DNA of 38,507 bases from an uncultured Planctomycetota bacterium (lineage in GTDB: Bacteria; Planctomycetota; PUPC01). The notes beneath the pieces are model-generated. The model did not search any database and was not told the DNA's origin. It saw nothing but the letters and a program-made list of their open reading frames with translations. The stretch covers positions 1 through 38,507 of the forward strand of contig CAYXNI010000001.1 of NCBI GenBank assembly GCA_964466285.1, written 5' to 3'. A program made the position numbers and the translations under genes. This document shows positions 1-7,931 of this stretch, in pieces; positions within the stretch are counted from its first letter, which is position 1; each line of letters begins with the position of its first letter.

Positions 1-460
1 CTTTGCCGCATTTGAGGCCGGTGGCTTCAAGGATGGGCTTGCAGTCTTCTTCGGTGGTGCCGGGGTAGGTGGTGCTTTCGAGGACGACGAGCTGGCCGGG
101 GCGAAGCGCCCTGGCGATGGAGCGGGCGGTGTCGAGGACGGCGGTGAGGTCAGGCTCGCGGGACTTGTCGAGCGGGGTGGGTACGCAGATGATGATGGCG
201 TCCGCGTCCTTGAGCCGGGCGAAGTCGGCGGTGGCCTGGAAGCGGCCGGACTTGACGAGACGGGCGATCATTTTGGAGGGGATGTGTTTGATGTAGCTCT
301 TGCCGGCGTTGAGCTTCTCGATCTTCTGGTTATCGATGTCGAAGCCGGTGACCTTGAAGCCGGCGCGGCAGAATTCACGGACGAGTGGGAGGCCGACATA
401 GCCCATGCCGATGATGCCCACCCGGGCGGTCTTGTTGTTGATCCGACGGATCAGATCCAC
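1..460 (-). CDS. nucleotide-sugar dehydrogenase (UDP-glucose/GDP-mannose dehydrogenase family, WecC/TviB-like), N-terminal part only; the gene runs off the window start
   Basis: Absent from the ORF track because it has no stop in the window. My minus-strand translation from GTG at 460 reads VDLIRRINNKTARVGIIGMGYVGLPLVREFCRAGFKVTGFDID..., with a GxGxxG Rossmann motif. AAGGAG SD at 467-472, 6 nt from the start. Confidence 0.8.
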   Translation of the reverse strand, partial: MDLIRRINNKTARVGIIGMGYVGLPLVREFCRAGFKVTGFDIDNQKIEKLNAGKSYIKHIPSKMIARLVKSGRFQATADFARLKDADAIIICVPTPLDKSREPDLTAVLDTARSIARALRPGQLVVLESTTYPGTTEEDCKPILEATGLKCGK

Positions 461-543
461 GCGTGTCTCCTTGCAGGAGTGCCTGTTCCGTTATGATCCG
501 CGCTGGTCGAGGCGGTGCTTTCTCCTCCGGCCCGCTCGGGTCT

Positions 544-1458
544 TCAATCCGTTGAGGCCTCTTCGGGCGTTTCGGTGCCGGGCTCCTGTGTTTCATCGGA
601 AGACTCTTCGGTTTCTTCAATAGGCCCGCCCAATTCATCGTAACTGTGCAGGGAAAGGGCGTTGAGGAACACGAGTGGTACGGCGAGGACGGGCGCCCAG
701 ACGAGGACCGCTTTGAGCATGGTAAGAACGAAGGAGGGGAAGTCGCCGATGGGTGCTCCGGCGGCAAGGTTATAGATCCAGGCGGCGAGGCCGATGGTGG
801 CGTGGACGGCGAGGAGGACGGGGACGGCGACAACGGCGGCGACGGCCAGGCCGACGCCGAAGATGCGGACGATGGCCGCTTTACGGGTCCAGAGCAGGTG
901 GCGGAGGTTCCAGAACACATCGGAGAAGCTGGATTGTTCAACGACGACCATCGCGGGGATGATGAGCAGGAGGACGAAGAGCGTTATGACGATGAGGAAC
1001 AGGATGACGAAGGCGGCGGCGGCGGGGATGACGAGCACGGACTGCCAGACGGGGTATGTCCAGAGCGCCGCGAGACCGGACGCGACGGCGGTGATGGCGA
1101 CGGCCGCTGCGGAGGCCGCAAAGGGAAGGAGGAAGGCGGTGCCGGCGTGGTCGATGAGGAAATGTGCGGAAGCGGCGGGGTCTTCGATGACTTCAGGGGA
1201 GGTGAGAGAGTGGGCGACGATGCATCCGGTCACGCAGAGGATGATATATGCGAGGATGAACCCGGCGCCTGTGAGGATGAAGGCGATGGCCCCGCTGCGG
1301 GGGAGGATTTGCTCGGCTCCCCAGCAGGCCACGGCGAAGCACAAGGCGGCGGCCATGGTTCCGCCCAGCTGCCAGCCGATGGCGGCCGGCGAGAAGAGGT
1401 CGGCCAAGGCCCGGCGTACGCGGTCCAGGTCTTCGGCGAACGGATGATCCTGTGCCAT
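544..1458 (-). CDS. hypothetical polytopic membrane protein with an acidic C-terminal tail
   Basis: 304-aa ORF with an ATG start and several long hydrophobic segments. The tail is Glu/Thr/Asp-rich (EETEESSDETQEPGTETPEEASTD). It sits in the same-strand run radA, lipoprotein, this gene, dehydrogenase. No family recognised. Confidence 0.6.
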   Translation of the reverse strand: MAQDHPFAEDLDRVRRALADLFSPAAIGWQLGGTMAAALCFAVACWGAEQILPRSGAIAFILTGAGFILAYIILCVTGCIVAHSLTSPEVIEDPAASAHFLIDHAGTAFLLPFAASAAAVAITAVASGLAALWTYPVWQSVLVIPAAAAFVILFLIVITLFVLLLIIPAMVVVEQSSFSDVFWNLRHLLWTRKAAIVRIFGVGLAVAAVVAVPVLLAVHATIGLAAWIYNLAAGAPIGDFPSFVLTMLKAVLVWAPVLAVPLVFLNALSLHSYDELGGPIEETEESSDETQEPGTETPEEASTD

Positions 1459-1469
1459 TGGGGGTATCC

Positions 1470-2120
1470 TCAGGGTTCAGGTCCTTCGACGCGCAGTGTG
1501 GTTTCGACCTGGTTGACAGGCCTCTTCTTTTCGAGGTGCTCATAGAAGGCGCCGCCGATCCGCTGGGCCATGTACCGGAGTATTTCGTTTCGGAACATGG
1601 CCTCGTCCATTGTGGTGTACCTGGGGTCGAACTTGTCCTCGCGGTCCTCGGGGTAGTTAAGGCGCCAGGCGATGCGCTGGATCAGCTTGGCCGGGGCGGA
1701 AGTAGCGTCGAGGACCCGGAACGAGACGGCGATCATGCCTTCGCGGGACTGAAGAAGCTCGTCGTATTGGGCGCTAAGGTAGGTGATTTCGCCGACAACG
1801 AGTAGTTGTGTGCCTGTGAGGCGTGCGATTTCGGGCCAGCGGGCCTCGTTCATGCCGCCCTTGAGGGCGTCCCAGAGGTTGCTCGGTCCGAGGACGGTGA
1901 TGCCGGGGAGGTTGGCCCTGAGGCCGATGGCGGTGTACTCGGCAAGCTGAACGCTGTCGACGGCGGTGATGCCGCTGCCCTCGAGGACGGCGAAGGGGAG
2001 TACGGCGATGGCGCGGCCGCCGGGGCGCACGGCGGGTTTCACGCGCTCGTATCCGCGCGGCGGTGTGTTGCAGCCGGCAATTGCAGCTGCGATGATGCCG
2101 AGCCAACAAAGGGTCTTCAC
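1470..2120 (-). CDS. hypothetical lipoprotein
   Basis: ORF 1470-2159 trimmed to the GTG at 2120, which is preceded by GGAGGG (2125-2130), 16 nt after the radA stop. The N-terminus VKTLCWLGIIAAAIAGC looks like a signal peptide with a lipobox Cys. No family recognised. Confidence 0.6.
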   Translation of the reverse strand: MKTLCWLGIIAAAIAGCNTPPRGYERVKPAVRPGGRAIAVLPFAVLEGSGITAVDSVQLAEYTAIGLRANLPGITVLGPSNLWDALKGGMNEARWPEIARLTGTQLLVVGEITYLSAQYDELLQSREGMIAVSFRVLDATSAPAKLIQRIAWRLNYPEDREDKFDPRYTTMDEAMFRNEILRYMAQRIGGAFYEHLEKKRPVNQVETTLRVEGPEP

Positions 2121-2136
2121 TGTTTCCCTCCACAAG

Positions 2137-3507
2137 TCATGGACGGGCACACCCGTCAAGAGCTTCTATGATATTTGAAACTGGGACGATGTCCAGTCCC
2201 TTCCCGGCGCCGCTGCCGGCGCCGAGGGCGCCGGCGGAGTCCGTGGAGACAAGTGCGCGGAGGAATCCGAGGCGGCGGGCCTCGGCGATGCGGGCGTCGA
2301 TGTTGCTGACGGCGCGGATTTCGCCGCCGAGTCCGACCTCGCCGGCGAAGACGGTGCGCGGGGTTAGGGGCTTGTCGGTGAAGCTGGAGGCGATGGCGAG
2401 TGCGATGCCGAGGTCGGCGGCAGGCTCGTCGACGTAGGCTCCGCCGGCGGCGTTGACGAAGACGTCCTGGCCGCCGAGCTGGAGGCCGCCGCGGCGGTCG
2501 AGGACGGCGAGGAGCATGGGAAGGCGGTTGCGGTCGACGCCGGAGACTTTGCGTTCGGGGGTGCCGTAGGTGGCGCGGGTGACGAGGGCCTGGACCTCGA
2601 CGAGGAGCGGGCGGGTGCCTTCGATGCAGGGAACGACGGCGGCTCCGACGCCGCCGGCATAGCCGGAGATGAACAGCTCGGAGGGGTTGGAGACCTCGCG
2701 GAGGCCGTCGGCCCGCATCTCGAAGACGCCGATCTCGTTGGTGGAGCCGAAGCGGTTCTTGACTGCGCGGAGGACGCGGTAGGCGTGGTGGTGATCGCCC
2801 TCGAAGTAGAGGACGGTGTCGACCATGTGTTCGAGGACTTTGGGGCCGGCGATGTCGCCGGTCTTGGTGACGTGTCCGACGAGGATGACGGGGATGCCGG
2901 TTTGCTTGGCCATGCAGATGAGTTCGGCGGCGCATTCGCGGATCTGGGAGACACTGCCGGGCGCACCGCCCAGCTCGGGCTTGCTGATCATCTGGATGGA
3001 GTCGACGACGAGGAGGCCGGGGCGGAGCTTGCGGGCGTTTTCGACGATGGTGGCCAGTGTGGTTTGTGCGGAGACGAGGAGGCGGCCGGAGTCGAGGTGG
3101 AGGCGGCGGGCGCGGAGGGCGGTCTGGGCGAGCGATTCTTCGCCGGTGACGTACAGTGCGGTGAAGCCGGCTCGCGTGACCTGGTGGCAGACTTGGAGCA
3201 TGAGGGTGGACTTGCCGATGCCGGGGTCTCCGCCGACGAGGACGGCGGAGCCGCTGACGAATCCGCCGCCCAGGATGCGGTCGAACTCGGAGATGCCGGT
3301 TTCGATGCGGGGGAGGTCGTCGAGGCTGATTTCGGAGAGGGGGACGGGCGGGCCGCTGTCGAGTGCGGGGCGGCCGGCGACAGGTTGCGGCTGGTCGGAC
3401 TCCTCGGCCATGGTGTTCCAGGCGCTGCAGCTGGGGCAGCGGCCGACCCACTTGGCCGACTGTGCGCCACACTGCTGGCACACGTACTTCGTCTTGACCT
3501 TGGCCAC
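2137..3507 (-). CDS. radA: DNA repair protein RadA/Sms
   Basis: 456 aa. N-terminal zinc ribbon CQQCGAQSAKWVGRCPSCSAWNT, Walker A GGDPGIGKST, KNRFG motif and a Lon-like C-terminal domain. GTG start preceded by GGGAGG. Confidence 0.95.
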   Translation of the reverse strand: MAKVKTKYVCQQCGAQSAKWVGRCPSCSAWNTMAEESDQPQPVAGRPALDSGPPVPLSEISLDDLPRIETGISEFDRILGGGFVSGSAVLVGGDPGIGKSTLMLQVCHQVTRAGFTALYVTGEESLAQTALRARRLHLDSGRLLVSAQTTLATIVENARKLRPGLLVVDSIQMISKPELGGAPGSVSQIRECAAELICMAKQTGIPVILVGHVTKTGDIAGPKVLEHMVDTVLYFEGDHHHAYRVLRAVKNRFGSTNEIGVFEMRADGLREVSNPSELFISGYAGGVGAAVVPCIEGTRPLLVEVQALVTRATYGTPERKVSGVDRNRLPMLLAVLDRRGGLQLGGQDVFVNAAGGAYVDEPAADLGIALAIASSFTDKPLTPRTVFAGEVGLGGEIRAVSNIDARIAEARRLGFLRALVSTDSAGALGAGSGAGKGLDIVPVSNIIEALDGCARP

Positions 3508-3546
3508 CGTGGCCTCCCGGGAATGTCGGGGGTGCGAACGGCGTTG

Positions 3547-3575
3547 ATTATATGAAAGGGCGCCCCCCGCGTCAA
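3547..3575 (-). promoter_or_regulatory. sigma70-type promoter for radA (TTGACG-N17-TATAAT)
   Basis: The minus strand reads TTGACG (3575-3570), a 17-nt spacer, then TATAAT (3552-3547), about 40 nt upstream of the radA GTG. Confidence 0.5.
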
Positions 3576-3626
3576 ACGCGGAAGGGTTCGAGCCATTTGC
3601 GTTGATGGCTCGATCGTGCCTCTTGC

Positions 3627-3651
3627 AGGGGCGGGTTTCAAACCCGCCCCT
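3627..3651. repeat. perfect 25-nt palindrome AGGGGCGGGTTT-C-AAACCCGCCCCT
   Basis: Read directly: two 12-nt arms that are exact reverse complements around one central base. It lies in the divergent radA / sugar-isomerase intergenic region. A second hairpin lies at 3589-3612 (cgagccat / atggctcg). Confidence 0.9.
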
Positions 3652-3783
3652 ACAGATTGTGCGTACGAACCTCGCACGAGGCCAGATCGCAAATGCCTCG
3701 TTCGTGTCCGCGGCTCAGGGACACGACACTCAGCGGAATGCCGGCGAACGGCTGCCATGCTTCGGATTTCACCTTCGAGATGG

Positions 3784-3812
3784 TTGCAAGCGCAACTGAA
3801 AAAGTGTATAGA
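3784..3812 (+). promoter_or_regulatory. candidate promoter TTGCAA-N17-TATAGA
   Basis: Hexamers at 3784-3789 and 3807-3812, 45 nt upstream of the ATG at 3857. Confidence 0.4.
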
Positions 3813-3856
3813 TGGGCGGCGAGTTGACCCCGAGGCATGATAAAGGAGAAGAGGAG

Positions 3857-4603
3857 ATGGTGAACGTGGCACAGGATCTGGCGGTTCAAAGTTATTGTTT
3901 CCGTGGCTTCAAGACGAACGAGGAGGTGATCGAACAGGTCAAGAGGATCGGGCTGAGCCGCGTTGAGTTGTGCGGGTGTCACGCGGACTTCGGCAATGAG
4001 AAGACGTTCGACGCGGTGGTCTCGCTGTACGAGAAGGCAGGCGTCCGGATCGTGAGCATCGGGGTGCAGGGATTCTCGAACAACGAGGCGGTGGAGACGA
4101 AGTGGTTCGAGTTTGTGAAGCGGGCGGGGGCGAAGCTGATCAGCGCGGATTTCGCGCCTGGGAACGTGCCGGACTGCTGCGGCACGGCCGTGAAGCTGGC
4201 GGAGAAGTACGATGTGAACATAGGCATTCACAACCACGGGGGCGGGCACTGGCTGGGGAGCCCGCAGATGCTGGGGCACGTGCTGGCGCACACGAGCCCG
4301 CGGATCGGGATGATGCTGGACACGGCGTGGATGATCGACTCTGCCGGCGATCCGTGCGCGTTTGCGGAGCAGTTCGCGGGCCGGCTGTACGGGGTGCACA
4401 TCAAGGATTTCGTGTATGACCGTGCGCGGCGGCCGAAGGACGTGGTGGTGGGTGCGGGGAATCTGAATCTGCCGAAGCTGGTGACGCTGCTCAAGGAGAA
4501 GGGGCCGGCAGGCTGTTGTCCGATCCTGGAGTACGAAGGGGACGTGGCCAATCCGGCTCCGGCGCTCACGGAGTGCGTGAAGGCGGTGAGGGCTGTGGCC
4601 TGA
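3857..4603 (+). CDS. sugar phosphate isomerase/epimerase (xylose isomerase-like TIM barrel family)
   Basis: ORF 3812-4603 trimmed to the ATG at 3857, preceded by AAAGGAG/GAGGAG. Pattern typical of AP-endonuclease-2/xylose-isomerase-like TIM barrels: LSRVELCG, IGIHNHGG, and YGVHIKDF followed by ILEYEG. Confidence 0.8.
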   Translation: MVNVAQDLAVQSYCFRGFKTNEEVIEQVKRIGLSRVELCGCHADFGNEKTFDAVVSLYEKAGVRIVSIGVQGFSNNEAVETKWFEFVKRAGAKLISADFAPGNVPDCCGTAVKLAEKYDVNIGIHNHGGGHWLGSPQMLGHVLAHTSPRIGMMLDTAWMIDSAGDPCAFAEQFAGRLYGVHIKDFVYDRARRPKDVVVGAGNLNLPKLVTLLKEKGPAGCCPILEYEGDVANPAPALTECVKAVRAVA

Positions 4604-4633
4604 ACCTTCGGGCGATGGATGGGGGCGGGAGGG

Positions 4634-4676
4634 CCGCGCGGGGCGCGGGGCCGCGCGGGGCGCGGGGCCGCGCGGG
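4634..4676. repeat. 17-nt tandem repeat (ccgcgcggggcgcgggg, about 2.5 copies) inside a cluster of G-runs
   Basis: The string ccgcgcgggg starts at 4634, 4651 and 4668 (period 17). G3-5 runs occur at 4621, 4627, 4631, 4640, 4647, 4657, 4664 and 4674. Confidence 0.9.
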
Positions 4677-4905
4677 ATGCGGCCGTTCTCAAGGGGGTTT
4701 CGGGGGAACGCGGCCGAATGTTTTGGGGGATCTGCGCGCGAGTTCGCTGCGTTGTGCGAGGGCGAGTCAGCGGCTGCGCGCGGGGGAGTGGAGATTTTCT
4801 GGCAAAGTTTTCCTAAAGTTTGGCATAGGTCACTCCGATATAAGAACTGAACAACAGGGGGGAGCGGTGAAAGATGATTGATAACCGGAAAGGAGGTGAG
4901 GAATA

Positions 4906-4956
4906 ATGGCGAAGAAGAAAGCAGCGAAGAAGGTCGCGAAGAAAAAGAAGAAATAG
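4906..4956 (+). CDS. 16-codon poly-lysine micro-ORF MAKKKAAKKVAKKKKK
   Basis: AAAGGAGGTGA SD (4889-4899), 6-nt spacer, ATG at 4906, TAG at 4954. A strong intrinsic terminator starts 25 nt downstream. Too short for the ORF track. Translation is unproven. Confidence 0.45.
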   Translation: MAKKKAAKKVAKKKKK

Positions 4957-4980
4957 CTGCGAGGTACGGCACAAGAGAAG

Positions 4981-5017
4981 ACCGCCCGACCTGCGAGGGT
5001 CGGGCGGTTGTTTTTTT
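4981..5017 (+). terminator. rho-independent terminator, possibly bidirectional with the convergent serA
   Basis: 11-bp stem accgcccgacc / ggtcgggcggt (4981-4991 / 4998-5008), 6-nt loop, then tgttttttt. It lies between the micro-ORF and the serA stop at 5074. Confidence 0.8.
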
Positions 5018-5073
5018 GCCAGGCGGGTTTTTCGCCGGGCTACTCTGGGCCCGGCGTGGCCAGGGCCGGCGGG

Positions 5074-6645
5074 TTACAGCCGGATGAGTTTCGCGTCGAA
5101 TATGATGGGTGAGCTGCGGATGGCTGCGATGACGTCGTCGGAGACGGGGTTGTCGATGTTGATGACGGTGACGGCGGTTCCTCCGCGGACGTCCCGGCCG
5201 ACGGTCATGTTGGCGATGTTGGCGGCGTGCTTGGCGAGGACGGTGCTGACGTAGCTGATGACGCCTGGTTCGTCCTTGTTGGTGCAGACGATTATGTAGC
5301 CGTCGGGCACGACGTCGACGTGGTAGTTGTTGATGCGGACGATGCGGGGGTCTTTGATTCCGAAGAAGGCGCCGGAGATGGAGAAGGAGCTGCCGGAGTC
5401 GAGGACTTCGACGGTGATGACGTTGGCGTAGTCCTGGGACTGTGCGCTGGTGGCTTCGGAAACGCGGACGCCGCGTTCACGGGCGATGAGTGGTGCGTTG
5501 ACGGCGTTTACGGGGCCTTCCATGAGCATTGAGAGCATGCCCTTGAGGAGTGAGGCGGTGACGAACTGGAGGGGGTTTTCGGCGAACTCGCCGCGGTAGG
5601 TGACGCGGACCTCCTGGGTGGGTTTGTCCCAGAGTTGGACGAGGGCTCTGCCGAGTTTTTCGGCGAGCTGGGCGTATGGGAGGATTTTCTGGAGTGCATC
5701 GGGTTCCATCATGGGCATGTTGACGGCGTTGCGGGCGGGTTTGCCTTCAAAGACTTCGACGACCTGGTGGGCGATTTCTTCGGCCACGTTCTGCTGGGCC
5801 TCGTCGGTGAGTGCGCCGAGGTGGGGGGTGCAGACGACGTTTTTCATGCCGATGAGGGGGTTGTTCTTCGGGGGTTCGGCGGAGTAGACGTCGAGTGCGC
5901 AGCCGGCGACCTTGCCGGACTGGAGGGCGAGTGCGAGGGCGGCCTCGTCGATGATGCCGCCGCGGGCGCAGTTGATGAGGCGGACGCCCGGTTTCATCTT
6001 GGCGATTTCTGCGGTGCCGATCATGCCGCGGGTTTCGTCGTTGAGCGGGGTGTGGACGGTGATGTAGTCGGCGGTGCGGATGAGGCGGTCGAGATCAGCC
6101 ATCTCGATGTCGAGTCCAGCGTTGCCGACGATGAAGGGGTCGTAGCCAACGATTTTCATTCCGAATGCGGCGGCGCGTCGTGCGACGGCGCGTCCGATGC
6201 GGCCGAGGCCGACGATGCCGAGCGTCTTGCCGCAGAGTTCGGCGCCCTGGTAGGTCTTGCGGTCCCACTCGCCTTTGACGAGGCTCATCTGGGCCTGGGG
6301 GATTTTGCGGGAGAGGGCGAGGATCATGGCCATGGAGAGTTCGGCGGTGGAGATAGTGTTGCCTTCTGGTGTGTTCATGACGATGACGCCCTGTCGTGTG
6401 GCGGCGTCGACGTCGACATTGTCGACTCCTACGCCGGCTCGGCCGATGACGACGAGTTTTTTGCCGGCCTGGATGACGCCGGCGGTGACCTTGGTGCCGC
6501 TGCGGACGATGAGAGCTTCGCAGCCGGCGATGGCGTCATAGAGTTCCTGGCCGGAGATGCCCTTGCGGTCGATGACTTCGTGCCCGGCCGCGGCCAGGAT
6601 TCGCTTGCCCTGTTCGGAAAGGGAATCGGTGATCAGGACTTTCAT
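5074..6645 (-). CDS. serA: D-3-phosphoglycerate dehydrogenase (long form with C-terminal ACT domain)
   Basis: 523 aa. NAD motif GIVGLGRIGRAV, 2-hydroxyacid dehydrogenase signature region, and a C-terminal ACT-like regulatory domain. Confidence 0.93.
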   Translation of the reverse strand: MKVLITDSLSEQGKRILAAAGHEVIDRKGISGQELYDAIAGCEALIVRSGTKVTAGVIQAGKKLVVIGRAGVGVDNVDVDAATRQGVIVMNTPEGNTISTAELSMAMILALSRKIPQAQMSLVKGEWDRKTYQGAELCGKTLGIVGLGRIGRAVARRAAAFGMKIVGYDPFIVGNAGLDIEMADLDRLIRTADYITVHTPLNDETRGMIGTAEIAKMKPGVRLINCARGGIIDEAALALALQSGKVAGCALDVYSAEPPKNNPLIGMKNVVCTPHLGALTDEAQQNVAEEIAHQVVEVFEGKPARNAVNMPMMEPDALQKILPYAQLAEKLGRALVQLWDKPTQEVRVTYRGEFAENPLQFVTASLLKGMLSMLMEGPVNAVNAPLIARERGVRVSEATSAQSQDYANVITVEVLDSGSSFSISGAFFGIKDPRIVRINNYHVDVVPDGYIIVCTNKDEPGVISYVSTVLAKHAANIANMTVGRDVRGGTAVTVINIDNPVSDDVIAAIRSSPIIFDAKLIRL

Positions 6646-7793
6646 CTGTTCGCACTCCTATCCAGACCGTTATAGAGCTCGGATGCCTTGTACCTGACGA
6701 ACAGCTCCTGGGCGATGACCTTGACGACTGCGGCGATGGGGACGGCGAAAAGGACGCCGAGGAATCCGAACAGGGTGCCGAAGACGAAGATGGCGAGGAT
6801 GACGATGACGGGGTGCACGCCGACGCGCTTGCCCATGATGTGCGGGGTGGTGAAGAGGCTGTCGACGGTGAGGCCGACGGCGAAGACCGCGGCGGCGGCC
6901 GCGGGGTGCAGGACGTCCTGGTGCTGGGCGAAGGTGAGGACGATGGCGGGGACCATGCCGGAGACGAGGGCGAAATAGGGGACGAATGCGCCGAGGCCGC
7001 CGATGATGCCGATGACGTACCAGAAGGGGGTTCCGACCAGGGCGAGGCCCGCGGTGAAGACGACGGTGTCGACGAGGACGACGATCATCTGGCCGCGGAA
7101 GAAGGACTTGAGGTTGGCGTCGATGTGGCCGGCGATTCGAAGGATTTCGTCCTTGTGGCGGAGCGGCAGCGCGTCCTTGACGCGGTCGCGGGCCCGGTCG
7201 ATATCGACGAGCAGGTAGACGGTGACCACGAAGAAGAGAAAGAACTGGAAGACCCAGAGGGCGGCGGAGAAGGTGCTGAAAAGGATGGTGTGGAGGGACT
7301 GTGTGACGGCGTCGGGAGCACCTTCCCGGGTGAGGAGGGTGGTGATGAGGCGGGAGACGATGAGCCAGCGTTCGTCCGGGGAGCTCTTGACCCAGGTCTC
7401 GATGCCCTTCTGCCATTCGGGCGGGAGGATCTGTCGGACGGTGTCGAATTTCTCGCTCTGCAGCCACTCTCTTGCGGCGAGGATGGCGTTGGGGATGGCG
7501 ACAAAGAGGGCGAGGCCGATCACGGCGGCGAACACGGTGACGAGGAGGCCGACGGACACCCGGCGGCCGATGGCAATGGGGCCGATACGGCGGCGCTCAA
7601 GCCAGTCGACGACGGGGTCGAAGATGTAGGCGGCGATGACGGCGAGGCAGAATGGGATGAGGACGCCGCGAATGACGTAGAGGACTCGGAGCCCGATGAA
7701 GATAAGGATGAGGAGCCCGATGAACCGGAGCCAGGGGTTCCGAAGGACGGCTTTCAGTCCGGTTTCGTGTGCGGGTGTTCCGCCGTTGTCCAC
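6642..7793 (-). CDS. AI-2E family transporter (PerM/UPF0118)
   Basis: 383 aa, about 8 TM segments, general PerM-like layout. GTG start preceded by GGAGAG. Its stop overlaps the serA ATG (ATGA at 6642-6645). Confidence 0.8.
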   Translation of the reverse strand: MDNGGTPAHETGLKAVLRNPWLRFIGLLILIFIGLRVLYVIRGVLIPFCLAVIAAYIFDPVVDWLERRRIGPIAIGRRVSVGLLVTVFAAVIGLALFVAIPNAILAAREWLQSEKFDTVRQILPPEWQKGIETWVKSSPDERWLIVSRLITTLLTREGAPDAVTQSLHTILFSTFSAALWVFQFFLFFVVTVYLLVDIDRARDRVKDALPLRHKDEILRIAGHIDANLKSFFRGQMIVVLVDTVVFTAGLALVGTPFWYVIGIIGGLGAFVPYFALVSGMVPAIVLTFAQHQDVLHPAAAAAVFAVGLTVDSLFTTPHIMGKRVGVHPVIVILAIFVFGTLFGFLGVLFAVPIAAVVKVIAQELFVRYKASELYNGLDRSANR

Positions 7794-7828
7794 GGTTCGC
7801 TCTCCATCCTGGGCCCATGTACGGCGTG

Positions 7829-7857
7829 ATTATAAGGGAAGCGGGCGGACGAATCAA
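7829..7857 (-). promoter_or_regulatory. sigma70-type promoter TTGATT-N17-TATAAT for the AI-2E/serA operon
   Basis: The minus strand reads TTGATT (7857-7852), a 17-nt spacer, then TATAAT (7834-7829), about 36 nt upstream of the GTG at 7793. Confidence 0.5.
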
Positions 7858-7905
7858 ATCGGAAAATGTCAAACGACGTGATTCGGACGGCAATTCAACT
7901 TGTGG

Positions 7906-7931
7906 CACGGGCGGCCCGCCCGTGTTAGAAT
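7906..7931 (+). promoter_or_regulatory. 19-nt palindrome (cacgggcgg-c-ccgcccgtg) abutting an extended -10 element TGtTAGAAT
   Basis: Palindrome at 7906-7924 and TGTTAGAAT at 7923-7931. No good -35 at 17-nt spacing. About 200 nt upstream of the solute-binding protein start. Confidence 0.3.

Noticed and set aside
3581-3651. tRNA-like strings (gggttcgagcc at 3585, and gcgggtttcaaacccgc resembling a T-arm).
   Set aside because: No acceptor, D or anticodon arms can be drawn. The loop TTTCAAA does not fit the TTCRANY T-loop. The second element is simply a perfect palindrome.
4634-4676. Possible CRISPR-like arrays: the tandem repeats here and at 30851-30898, 17071-17112 and 38350-38426.
   Set aside because: The units are 7-17 nt and directly abutting, with no unique spacers. 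There are no cas genes. They are micro- or minisatellites, not CRISPR.
4878-5087. 69-aa ORF from the track (MITGKEVRNNGEEESSEEGREEKEE...) covering the same DNA as the poly-Lys micro-ORF in another frame.
   Set aside because: It has a TTG start without an SD, and it reads straight through the intrinsic terminator stem and T-tract into the serA 3' end. The SD-ATG pairing favours the K-rich frame.
7903-7920. TGGCAC at 7903-7908, resembling a sigma54 -24 box.
   Set aside because: No TTGC -12 element at the required spacing. The string is part of the 19-nt palindrome context.
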